Assembly: GCA_001940755.1 (NCBI GenBank)
Contig: MEHH01000001.1
Coordinates: forward strand, 1-40,319
DNA from: Candidatus Heimdallarchaeota archaeon AB_125
GTDB taxonomy: Archaea; Asgardarchaeota; Heimdallarchaeia; Heimdallarchaeales; Heimdallarchaeaceae
Direction: 5' to 3'
Length of the DNA stretch: 40,319 nt
Shown: piece after piece, positions 8,504 to 18,200 of the stretch
How the letters are laid out: each line of letters opens with the position of its first letter
How positions within the stretch are numbered: position 1 is the stretch's first letter
The notes under the pieces: model-generated
Database searches by the model: none
What the model was told of the DNA's origin: nothing
What the model saw: only the letters and a program-made list of their open reading frames with translations
Position numbers and translations under genes: made by a program

Positions 8504-9520
8504 CTATACAGGTACTGGTAGATTTCTCAATATCTCATTGACAACCATTGTACCAGTTGTACCTTCTAATTCCGCTTCAGGTTTCATTGCTAACCTATGT
8601 GCGGAAGCTACTCTTGCAATACGTTTGACATCGTCTGGAATGACATAGTCTCTTCCACGCATTGCAGCGACTGATTTTGCAGCGTTTAATAAAGCAATAC
8701 TACACCTTGGACTTCCTCCAAGAATAAGTCTTGGATCAGTTCGGGTTGATACTGTCAAATCTCGAATGTAATTCATAATGTCTTCATGGACGTATATTCG
8801 AGTCTCAACTGTTTCCATCATTTTAACAATTGTCATTGGAGTAGTAACTCTTCTGACAGTCTGTCGAATCTGGTTGTGTTTCAACCTGATAATATCAATC
8901 TCTTCTTCAGGTGATGGTAAATCCACTAATAGCTTGAACATGAACCTATCTACCTGAGCTTCAGGTAAAGGATATGTTCCTTCTTGTTCTATTGGATTTT
9001 GTGTTGCTATTACTAGAAATGGATCTTCAAGCTTGAAGGTTGTTCCTTCTACTGTTACTTGTTTTTCTGCCATTGCTTCTAAAAGAGCAGCTTGTGTCTT
9101 TGGAGGGCTTCTATTAATTTCGTCTGCTAGAAGTATATTTGTAAAGATGGGTCCTTTTCTCATCTTAAATGTTCCAGCTTTTGGATCATAGATTGTTGTC
9201 CCTACAACATCTGAAGGGAGTAAATCTGGAGTGAATTGCACTCTTTTAAACTCACACCCAAGTGTTTGAGCAAAAGATTTTGCCATCACTGTTTTAGCAA
9301 TACCTGGAACTCCTTCCAACAAACAGTGTCCTCCTCCGATTAAAGAGATAAACATATCTTCTAGGACATCAAGTTTTCCAATGATCACTCTGGCTAGTTC
9401 ACTGTAAATCTCGTCCCATACTCTCTTAACATCTTTAGGAGTTACAACTGCTTCAGTAGCTGCTTTAGCTTTCGCTTTTCCTTTTACTTCTTCATTTTTT
9501 TCTTCACTCATTTTTTTCAC
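8504..9520 (-). CDS. MoxR-type AAA+ ATPase, cassette 1
   Basis: 338 aa. Walker A is GVPGIAKT and Walker B is LLADEINR. The block PPKTQAALLEAMAEKQVTVEG...VIATQNPIEQEGTYPLPEAQVDRF is classical for MoxR/AAA_3. The start is GTG 9520 or ATG 9511. Confidence 0.9.
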   Translation of the reverse strand: MKKMSEEKNEEVKGKAKAKAATEAVVTPKDVKRVWDEIYSELARVIIGKLDVLEDMFISLIGGGHCLLEGVPGIAKTVMAKSFAQTLGCEFKRVQFTPDLLPSDVVGTTIYDPKAGTFKMRKGPIFTNILLADEINRSPPKTQAALLEAMAEKQVTVEGTTFKLEDPFLVIATQNPIEQEGTYPLPEAQVDRFMFKLLVDLPSPEEEIDIIRLKHNQIRQTVRRVTTPMTIVKMMETVETRIYVHEDIMNYIRDLTVSTRTDPRLILGGSPRCSIALLNAAKSVAAMRGRDYVIPDDVKRIARVASAHRLAMKPEAELEGTTGTMVVNEILRNLPVPV

Positions 9521-9530
9521 TTTTCCTTTT

Positions 9531-10712
9531 TTAAACTTCGGGTAATCTATCGATTAAACCCTTGATAAATGCCATATATTTCATGAACATGTGTTCAGGT
9601 AGAACACGAGGCTTTGCCAAATAAGCTTCGATTCTAATTAATGTTTCAAGCAGGTCTTTTTGTCTTAGTGAAGTATCCCTTTCACTGAAGTAACCTGCTA
9701 TTTCTTCTGGAGATGACATTGATTCTTTAGTCATTTTTCTTAGTCCTCTCATCAATGTCCTATAGAGTAGACCTACTGCTTCACTATACGCACCCGTGTC
9801 AACTATTCTCCGTATTTCTCTTTCAAACCTTGATCTTCCCTTTTCTCCTCGATATTTAGTCCAGAGTATTGGAGTTAATCGGGTTTTCTTTGGTATCAAA
9901 CGATATCCCAATATCGCTAGAATAATTGGCATAAATGGTGCATAGAGAGGAAACATAGACATCTCTGTAATAAATCTCATCAGAACCATTGAGTATACTG
10001 TTGCACTATAGAACTTCTGATGGGCATGTCCTTCATCAAAAATTATTGGAACTGCCTTTGTATCAGTTGCATTAATATCTTCTGTAAGATAGTTGAACAA
10101 GTTAATTGTGAATTGTGCATTATCATTCTCTGAGGTTTGTTCAATCCATTTGTTGATGAATACATCCGGATCTCCAATCATAACTATTTTTCCTCGACCT
10201 AAGGGTAATGTCATTATTGGAGCAAACATTGTACCACCCCATTCATCAGCATCGGGGGTTGCTGTTCCATCTTTTGCTGATTGGAAATCTGATTCGAACC
10301 AACTTGATACTGTTGTATAGAAAGGAAGGAATGGTAAGAAGAAATACCCCGCATCAATGCCTAGATGTTCAAGTAAATTGATTGCCTGCAGTGGCATCCA
10401 ATCAGTTTTATGAGATTTTACTGTCTCATCTTCATCTAGGAAGTATGAATGGTTCATTGCAATACTTAATCCTGTTCCAAATTCCATCTGAAGTTCATCT
10501 ACACCAGCTGTTAATGGTGTGGAAATCGCAGGAGTTAGTTTTGGTTGTGCAGGATTGACTGTATAGCTTTCTGCGTCCATCAAAACAGAACCATTAAAAC
10601 CAAATCCTTTAATCTGGGTAAGCATTGAGAAGAAAATGGTTTCTTCAGTTACACCTCCACCATCGTCACCAAATCCGAATAGTTCAGATAAGGTGGGTAT
10701 ACCTCCTTGCAA
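9531..10712 (-). CDS. DUF4350/GldG-like protein, C-terminal portion (downstream of an in-frame TGA), with TM segment and helical DUF4129-like end
   Basis: 393 aa, in the same frame as ORF 10728-11183. GRGKIVMIGDPDVFINKW...VPIIFDEGHAHQKF aligns by eye with GFGTIVVISSMSFLTNDL...LLVCFEESHKRW of the intact copy-2 paralogue (22648-23931). The nominal TTG start has no upstream GGTG-type ribosome-binding motif. Confidence 0.55.
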   Translation of the reverse strand: MQGGIPTLSELFGFGDDGGGVTEETIFFSMLTQIKGFGFNGSVLMDAESYTVNPAQPKLTPAISTPLTAGVDELQMEFGTGLSIAMNHSYFLDEDETVKSHKTDWMPLQAINLLEHLGIDAGYFFLPFLPFYTTVSSWFESDFQSAKDGTATPDADEWGGTMFAPIMTLPLGRGKIVMIGDPDVFINKWIEQTSENDNAQFTINLFNYLTEDINATDTKAVPIIFDEGHAHQKFYSATVYSMVLMRFITEMSMFPLYAPFMPIILAILGYRLIPKKTRLTPILWTKYRGEKGRSRFEREIRRIVDTGAYSEAVGLLYRTLMRGLRKMTKESMSSPEEIAGYFSERDTSLRQKDLLETLIRIEAYLAKPRVLPEHMFMKYMAFIKGLIDRLPEV

Positions 10713-10727
10713 TAATGCAATTTGATC

Positions 10728-11183
10728 TCAAGTGTTGATTATATTAAACAGAGGTTCAAAAATTTCTCCTCCTGTGCCATAATCATCCGCCACCAATAAA
10801 CTGCCACCCCTCGCTAAGAAAGTTATTAGAGAGATTGTGTCAGTCATACTATATTGGGTTGCTGGACCGATTATAGCAAAAACACCTGGATCATGTACTC
10901 TGTTCAATAAGGATAATGAGGACATACCGTTTGTTATGTTTGTAAAACCATCATTTTCAAGAACTTGACGCATACTTGACAATCCATCCCAACTATCACT
11001 ATAGATACTGAATTTTGTTCCAAATCCTCCTAGTCCTACAAGACCTAGAAAGATAGGTACAACTACGATTAGGAACAGAAGAGACATCACAATTGAATAT
11101 TTTGTGAAACTAAATTTAGGTAATCTAAATCTAACTCTTCCTCTTGATTGTCTTTCTTGTTCTGCTTGTTCTTGTTGGCTCAA
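10728..11183 (-). CDS. DUF4350/GldG-like protein, N-terminal portion (TM anchor plus first half of the domain), ended by an in-frame TGA
   Basis: 151 aa. FSIYSDSWDGLSSMRQVLENDGF...FAIIGPATQYS...FLARGGSLLVADDYGTG aligns by eye with YTMYNTSPSGLSTFNTILQERGF...LVIAGGVKNYR...FVGRGGTLLLLGGSGSS of the copy-2 paralogue. The domain therefore continues across the stop codon. Confidence 0.55.
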   Translation of the reverse strand: MSQQEQAEQERQSRGRVRFRLPKFSFTKYSIVMSLLFLIVVVPIFLGLVGLGGFGTKFSIYSDSWDGLSSMRQVLENDGFTNITNGMSSLSLLNRVHDPGVFAIIGPATQYSMTDTISLITFLARGGSLLVADDYGTGGEIFEPLFNIINT

Positions 11184-11571
11184 CTACTTCTACACCCTGT
11201 TCTCTTATTCCTCTGAAACAGATATCTAGTCTCTGGATTGCTTCTTGATAATCATCATAGGATATATCAGCATCAGTATAGCGTGCAATCTCAAATGATG
11301 TTAAGTATTCGTCCATAACTTCATGTGAAATATTAGCTTTGTCTGCTACATTAAAACCAAATTCTCGTCCAGTTTCAAAAGGAGCACGGGCCATATCTAA
11401 AAGACCACCAGCAATATTTGTTAAACCTCCAAATGAGGCTATTACTGCTCCCCTATAGTCTTGTCGTTGTTCAAAAATTCTTACATCTGCCATTACAGTT
11501 GTAAACATTTGGTTCAAAGCCTTAACTTGTTTTCTTTTCTTAAAGAATCCAGAGGATTTACTACGACTCAA
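11131..11571 (-). CDS. small soluble DUF4129-like protein, cassette 1
   Basis: 146 aa with no TM segment. FEIARYTDADISYDDYQEAIQRL resembles the ARY motif of DUF4129 domains, and the C-terminus is basic. The TTG start at 11571 is preceded by AGGTGA. It overlaps the upstream stop by 11 nt and the downstream start by 53 nt. Confidence 0.5.
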   Translation of the reverse strand: MSRSKSSGFFKKRKQVKALNQMFTTVMADVRIFEQRQDYRGAVIASFGGLTNIAGGLLDMARAPFETGREFGFNVADKANISHEVMDEYLTSFEIARYTDADISYDDYQEAIQRLDICFRGIREQGVEVVEPTRTSRTRKTIKRKS

Positions 11572-14500
11572 TTTTCATTTCACCTACTTCAATTTTATCT
11601 ACTATTTTTAGTAAAGCACGAACTCCAGCATTGAAGTCCTTTTCAGTAATTTCTTCAGAACTGTAGCGTGCTTTTTCAAAGTACTCTGACAGAGTACTCA
11701 TGAGCTCTCGCTCAATTTTACTTTTATACGATAATAATCTTGCAAATTCGGTAGGGGTTTGACTCCTATATCTTGGGAGATCAAAGAATTCTCTACCAAT
11801 TCCCTCCACAACACTCCAGGTCTTTAATAGACCTTGCTTATATCTTCCCTCCAATCCATCTTTCTTAATATCATCAATTATCTCCCTCAAATAATCTCTT
11901 AATCTTCTCCTAAATGTTTGTCGCTTTGCATATGTCTGAATTGTATGCCTATTAAACCATAAGAACAAACCACCCAAAATAAGAACGATTGCACCAGCAG
12001 ATCCACCTATGATTGCTCCAAGATTACCAATTTGTAACTCATTGCTTTCATAATCTACAGTTAGACTCTGTGAAACTAATTCAGTATTTTCAACACCATC
12101 TGTTGCTTCTATATCATAAACTAAATCATACGTTCCTGAAGTTCTGAATCTAAATTGTGATAAATCTACAGTTGCAGTGTAAGTATCAGTAGTACCAATC
12201 TGTGTCATTTCAACTAAATGGTCTTCTGTAACTACTGTTGATCCAAGTGTAATTGAAATTGTTAAAGTAACAAGTGATACACTAGTTAGAGCATCTGTAA
12301 CAGTAGCATTAAATGTTAGAATAGAATCTGGATCCGCTGTTCCATTAATTGCACTTACAGTTACTCCAGTAATAACTGGATTATCTGAATCATCTGTTGT
12401 AACAAGAGTCAATGGAGAACCGATATTATAATATACTAGATTAGCATTTGGTGTTGCAGAATCTGCAGCTCCATAAAACCAAACATATTCGTAATTATAT
12501 TCTAAATCAATGTGATATGTCCACTCTACTGTTGAAGGAATGTTTGTCATCAAGTCTACAATATAATCTACTTCAACTTCAGATGTAACAAGATTTGTTC
12601 TATTCACGAAAAGACCAACAGCTGCCATTCCACTATAAACAACACTATCATTTATGAAAACTGAGATGTCTACAAATGGATTAGGAATGTTGCCTGAAAA
12701 AGTTACAGTAGGGGGAGCTTCTTCAACTGGAGCAAAAACATCTCCAACTCTATAATATCCAGATTCAGAATCTGTGTAACCGAAACTTGGATCATCATAC
12801 CAGTATGCAGGATTTGCTTGTAAGCTTCCAAATTCATCTATACCTTGTCCTGCATAATCCTTTACTACAACTGAATAATCAACAAACCATTGGCTTTGAG
12901 CAGGAAGTAATGACAAAGTATCTTCATATGTATCTGGTGCGATATTAATCAATGGTAATAAGTTATTAGATGAAACGAGAACTAAATTTTCATCATATAA
13001 ATTATAAACAACAGTTACAGATCTAACCCCAGAATGAGCATCTGTTGCAACAACTGTGAAAGTTATATCAAAATAAGGATCATGAGAAGCCGTACTGTAA
13101 GGATCAGGAGTGAAATTCAGACTAACTAGTGTAGGAACTTCAGTATCAGGACCATAAATATTGATTGTTTGAGTGATGGTTGGTGCTGGAGCATATGCAC
13201 CTCCAGTAGCAATTAAATCACCAGTATATGCAAAATTATGATTCCATCCAGCGCCCAAATGAGTTTCATCAAAGCGCACCCAATTCTGAGCTCCTGTTAC
13301 TACAAATGAGGCTACTTGACCAGCAAAGGTTATTGAGATACTGGCACCTACAGGATTTCTTGCCCATTGATCTACTACTGATAGTTCATAGTAATCGTTA
13401 TTTGTTTCAAAATCATCCCAAAAAGTCCTATTCCAAACATCTCTTGTAGTTGCATCTAGAGCAGGAGCCCCCTCATTATCTGTCAGTGTTAATGTAAGAG
13501 CATAATACATTTCGAAAGTATCAGAATTAGTTGGAGAAGTTGGTGCATAATACTTGTATGTACCTCCGTCATAATCTAATCCTGTAACTGTAATGGATTC
13601 GGTTTGAGCTTGAACTGCATAGCTTGGTACTACTGAAGTCACATCTCTATCTCCAGTAGCAACTGTGAAGTAGAAGTCGGAAGGTTCTCCAGTAAAATCA
13701 ATCTGAAATCTTGAAAATGGACACAAGTTACTATTTGCATCTTCAATTTCCACATTAAAACCAATTGGTAAACCGACCGTATAGAAATTACTTGAAGGAT
13801 TATCTATAGTGATTCGGACTGTAGTAATATTTACAGTTAATATGGTATCTAAAGAATCACCAATCATTCTAGCTCCAGGAAATTCTGCTTGTACTGCCTC
13901 AAGGTAAATTATCAAACCCTGAGTCACATCAGAGACATTTACTGCTGGATTCAAGTAAGTTGTAACTCTAACAGCTCCAGTAGCATTTGTTGTATATGTT
14001 TCTGGAGAAGTGTGATTGGATCCTTCATAATAATAAATGACAGTTATTGTCTTTCCAGTTTCTAAACCTGTGCTTGAGGACAAATTAGCATCTATTTGAA
14101 AAGTATCACCTATTTCGATTTCTTGTGGTAATTTAGTTAATCCTGAACCTGTGACATAAAAAGCGTCAACCAAAGCGGATTCTTCTGTTGCTCCACCTAC
14201 TGTTAAAGATAGAAGCTCAGAAGGATTAAAGGTTACTGAACCTGTTCTAACAAAGAAACTGAATGGTAATTGAGTTATATCATAATCAGCTGTATAACTC
14301 ACTGTATCAACTCCTGGTCCAGGAGCTGTATTACTGTAGATATGTTGATTTGAAGCAAAACCAGCTGTTCCACTATCATCAGATCCACTATAAGTTGTCC
14401 AATCAACATCATAATCTAGATTGGTGCCATCAGTATCTACAACTGAACCATTGTCATAAAGAACTTGAGTTGTAAATGTATATGGATTATTAGGATTACT

Positions 14501-15211
14501 AACTACAACATCAATATCAAGCTCTAATTGACCATAGAACTCAACTATTACATCTCCAGGGCTTCCTTCTGCCCATTCAGGATTTGTTCCTCCTCTGTAC
14601 CAAGTCAACAGAGTAATTTCTCCTACTTTTGAGAATGGATCAATTTCTAAATTAGAAGTATCCAAAGTAATCGTAAAAATTCCTCCCGCTATTGTAACAG
14701 CTGAACCTACTTCATAATCAGGATTACCATCATAAAACGGTTTGTTTCCCTCATATGTAGCTTTTGTAATATTGTAATAAAGATATACTGTTTCTCCTAC
14801 CCAATAATCGCCTGGTATACCAGACCAAAGAACTCCAGTTACATCAAAAGAATCTCCTCGGAAAAACTGATCAGATGGGTTTGGATATGTTATCGTTTTT
14901 ATTGTACCTACATCAAAATTTCTCAATTTCACATTCAATTTTCCTGCATGTGGTTTTAGTGCATTATCAGAGATTTCACTTATACTCACCTCGGGAGGAG
15001 TTACATCACTACTATAGGGTGACTTAAACTTGAATTCAGACCTGGTTAAGTCAGATTGAAATTCAGATTGAAGAGTAGGAGTATTAAGAGAGATATTTTC
15101 TTCTATCTGCTTGTTTATCATTGCTTCACTGAATACTGGAATAATCAAACTACCAGTTATTGAAACTAGAAAAACAAATGTTAGTAATTGATAGAATCTC
15201 TTCTTATTCAT
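11561..15211 (-). CDS. giant surface protein: signal/anchor, about 1030-aa beta-rich ectodomain, single TM, cytoplasmic DUF4129-like tail
   Basis: 1216 aa. The N-terminus is MNKKRFYQLLTFVFLVSITGSLIIPVFSEA. The ectodomain is rich in T/S/N/D/Y/V, nearly Cys-free and has many NxS/T sequons. The TM segment LGAIIGGSAGAIVLILGGLFLWF maps to about 11954-12022. The 130-aa basic tail contains TPTEFARLL...YFEKARYSSEEITEKDF (DUF4129-like). Confidence 0.7.
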   Translation of the reverse strand: MNKKRFYQLLTFVFLVSITGSLIIPVFSEAMINKQIEENISLNTPTLQSEFQSDLTRSEFKFKSPYSSDVTPPEVSISEISDNALKPHAGKLNVKLRNFDVGTIKTITYPNPSDQFFRGDSFDVTGVLWSGIPGDYWVGETVYLYYNITKATYEGNKPFYDGNPDYEVGSAVTIAGGIFTITLDTSNLEIDPFSKVGEITLLTWYRGGTNPEWAEGSPGDVIVEFYGQLELDIDVVVSNPNNPYTFTTQVLYDNGSVVDTDGTNLDYDVDWTTYSGSDDSGTAGFASNQHIYSNTAPGPGVDTVSYTADYDITQLPFSFFVRTGSVTFNPSELLSLTVGGATEESALVDAFYVTGSGLTKLPQEIEIGDTFQIDANLSSSTGLETGKTITVIYYYEGSNHTSPETYTTNATGAVRVTTYLNPAVNVSDVTQGLIIYLEAVQAEFPGARMIGDSLDTILTVNITTVRITIDNPSSNFYTVGLPIGFNVEIEDANSNLCPFSRFQIDFTGEPSDFYFTVATGDRDVTSVVPSYAVQAQTESITVTGLDYDGGTYKYYAPTSPTNSDTFEMYYALTLTLTDNEGAPALDATTRDVWNRTFWDDFETNNDYYELSVVDQWARNPVGASISITFAGQVASFVVTGAQNWVRFDETHLGAGWNHNFAYTGDLIATGGAYAPAPTITQTINIYGPDTEVPTLVSLNFTPDPYSTASHDPYFDITFTVVATDAHSGVRSVTVVYNLYDENLVLVSSNNLLPLINIAPDTYEDTLSLLPAQSQWFVDYSVVVKDYAGQGIDEFGSLQANPAYWYDDPSFGYTDSESGYYRVGDVFAPVEEAPPTVTFSGNIPNPFVDISVFINDSVVYSGMAAVGLFVNRTNLVTSEVEVDYIVDLMTNIPSTVEWTYHIDLEYNYEYVWFYGAADSATPNANLVYYNIGSPLTLVTTDDSDNPVITGVTVSAINGTADPDSILTFNATVTDALTSVSLVTLTISITLGSTVVTEDHLVEMTQIGTTDTYTATVDLSQFRFRTSGTYDLVYDIEATDGVENTELVSQSLTVDYESNELQIGNLGAIIGGSAGAIVLILGGLFLWFNRHTIQTYAKRQTFRRRLRDYLREIIDDIKKDGLEGRYKQGLLKTWSVVEGIGREFFDLPRYRSQTPTEFARLLSYKSKIERELMSTLSEYFEKARYSSEEITEKDFNAGVRALLKIVDKIEVGEMKIES

Positions 15212-15212
15212 C

Positions 15213-18200
15213 TTAGTATTTCACATCCTTAGTAGGCAATATTGCTAAACAATTTAATTCCGTTAGATGTTCAGTGTTCCTAAGTTCTATCATATGAGAC
15301 ATGCAATCTCTGATACTGAAAGTCATTAGAACTTGTGCAGGTACTGAAGGTTCAATATCCATCAGCGAATAACTCATGTATGCTGGTGGAAAAGTAATCG
15401 TTATTGGTGCAGATATGTTCCACGTGTCTACGTATAAAACTACTAGTCTATAGAAACTCGGACCATATTGCGTTACATTCTCATTAAGAGTTGTATTATA
15501 GAAACCATTTCCGTCAGTCGTTCCTGTAGCAACTATATTTGCTCCATAGGGTTCTCCAGCGCTAGCGAGCACTAAATCAGCTCTTAAAGTTGTTGAATCT
15601 GTTGTATCAGCTGCATCATAGACTGATTGTTTTACTAACCATACTTCAACATCTTCACCAACCATAGGACTTGGTAATCCTCCAGGAGGTTCTTGGTATA
15701 GATAAATATCCACATCAGGTATAAAGAATTCTCCATCGATTCCTTTATTATGGAAATAGTCACTAGAATCTATGGTTGAATATTTACCATCAAAGTATAA
15801 CATAATCGTAAAGGTGTAATTCTGACCAAATATAGCAGCTATATAATAAACTGCACCAGGAGTAACTTGAGGAGTTAACGTTGAGAAGATACTGGTAGAT
15901 CCTTGCATAGTGTGAATAGTTGTATTACCATTTACATCTGTTAATTCTTGTCCTAAAATTCTTAGAGTTGCAGGATCCAGTGTTCCTAGTAATAAATCAT
16001 TTTTCTCATTTTCATCTAAAATATAATAGGTAACTAAACGACCTTCTAGAGGAGATGTAAGATTATCATATTGGAATAGTTCTGTTGAAATCTGGTATTG
16101 AACTCCTCTTTGTACTAAATATAAATCAAATACACCTATAGGAGGTGGACTTGGATTAGGAATAGTTTCTACTGTAGCATTAATACTTACACCTGACAAG
16201 TAACCAGTTGGTACTAAAACAAATCCTGTATAATTTGTTGAAACTAACGTTACATATGCTAGTAAAACATAAACCGTTCCACCAGGATTACTAGGATTAT
16301 AAACATCATACATGAGAGGGTTCCATGTCGTATAAAATTCCGCTACTCCTATCACGTTCGTAACTGCAGAACCTAAACTGCTTGCTACCGCCAACAATGC
16401 AGCTGGGTTACTTGCATATGTTTGCAGTTGACCTGCTGTTACTGTTGCATAATTAACCGTTGCTCCCTCTACTAAACCTGTGTCATCGGTAACTGTTGCT
16501 CTTAGAGTATAGTTTCTGCCATAATCAGTAAAATATACATCTTGACCACCAATGTCTTGCTGAAGAACTGGGAGATATAAGAATGGTTCTCCTAGTATTG
16601 CAATGTCAACATCAAATGAGGAGTAAAGAGTATTTTCACAATAGTATAATGAGCTAGTATCAGGATCAACATAGGGTCCCATTTGGAATTGTCCCCATTT
16701 GTAAGCTATTCCTCCAGCACCATCATCTACTGGTACAAGAGCTTCTACCCAAGCATAAAGATTGTCACTCAAAGAAAGAGTTCTACTTGTTACACTCCCA
16801 TCTCCTAATGCAAAACCTATTACTGGTCGACAAGGTATGTTATTTAATCGTAAAGTCATTATTGCTAGTGCTATGTAAGCAGAAGCAGAAGAATCTGAAC
16901 CTTCTATAAGAAGCTGAGCTCTATCTTGACCATTGTTATCATCATTATCAGCTGTTGGTAGACCAAAATCTGATATAATTTTCTCTAGTATATAATTGGT
17001 CTGTTCATATGCTGAATGACCATTTGTTTTTCCATAGTTAGAAGCAGAAGCAGCGTATGCAGCAACCAGTGGAGAGATTGTTTCATAATTAAGCGGTTTC
17101 TGTAGGAATCGCGCAAACGTTGTATTATACCAGCTTTCATAAATTGCTGGATCAGAATAATCAATAGAAGCAGTTATTATATCGGTGATATTATCATCAC
17201 TAACAAAATAAGGTTGATAGGTAAAGTTACCAAAGAATCCAATTTGGTCTGTTGTAGCTTTTAGAGATATCATATCATTAAGATTGTATTTTACATCTAC
17301 TGTTCCCTCTACTGCTGATACAGTACCGTTTTCATCAACTAAATTATCAGTCCAATTCAGATCATTTGTTAAGAATGGTTCATTGTAATTATTACTCCAT
17401 GGAGTTATTAATTGAGAAAGTAGAGCAGTTTGAACACTGTAGACTAGTTGAGTTATCTCAAGCTGATCATAACTAATAGGAGGATCCGGATGAATTGCAG
17501 GATCATGATTTTCAGCTGTTAAATCAAATCTAGTATCACCACTCGTTTCAACGAAGTCCCACGAGCTTTCTTGATAATATTCCCGTATATCCCACCGATA
17601 AAGATAATTTCCTAGAGTACCAGTAAGAGCATTCACATATGCTATTACATCTATATCAAGATCAGGATCTAAATCCATATTATCTAATAAATCTAAAATT
17701 CCATCTATGTAAAATGGTGCATCTCCTGTAAATATAGAATTGAACCATGATTCATTAGTATCCATCGGTGTGATTTCACCTGGGGGTAAATCACGATATT
17801 TACCAATTAGATTCAAGTAAGGAGTAAAGAATGATAATAACAATGAACCTATAATAAATCCTACAATCATTATTCTTTTCACACTATGTCTTGTATGAAT
17901 TTTTGGGAAGGAGATAGCTTTTGCTTCAAAAGCTATTAGAACCAAAAAGACCTCTAAAATTAGAGCTATTGGAACGAGAAACTTTAGAAATAATTCTGGT
18001 AGAGGAATAGGAATAAATTCTTTGAAATTAGGGCTAATCAATTTTGGAACCAATATACCAATAAAGTTAACAAATGTTACAACCAATAGACCAAGAAAAA
18101 GTGTTGAAAAAACTATATTCCACACTGTTATACCTTTAGGCATCATTGCTGCCATAGGTAACTTTGTCCCTCCTGTTTTTATTTTCCTATATTTAGGAAC

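Noticed and set aside
10728-10730. Reading the in-frame TGA in the DUF4350-like gene as selenocysteine
   Set aside because: The aligned position in the intact paralogue has no Cys and no redox-type motif. I did not notice a SECIS-like hairpin downstream of the gene, and this family is not known as a selenoprotein. I keep the site as a finding (interrupted gene or read-through) but not as a Sec call.
6667-14475. Plus-strand ORFs 6667-6945, 10093-10320, 13228-13449 and 14263-14475, all antisense to cassette-1 genes
   Set aside because: All are short and fully embedded antisense to long ORFs that have recognisable domains or a clear membrane or surface composition. No independent motifs or start signals were seen.
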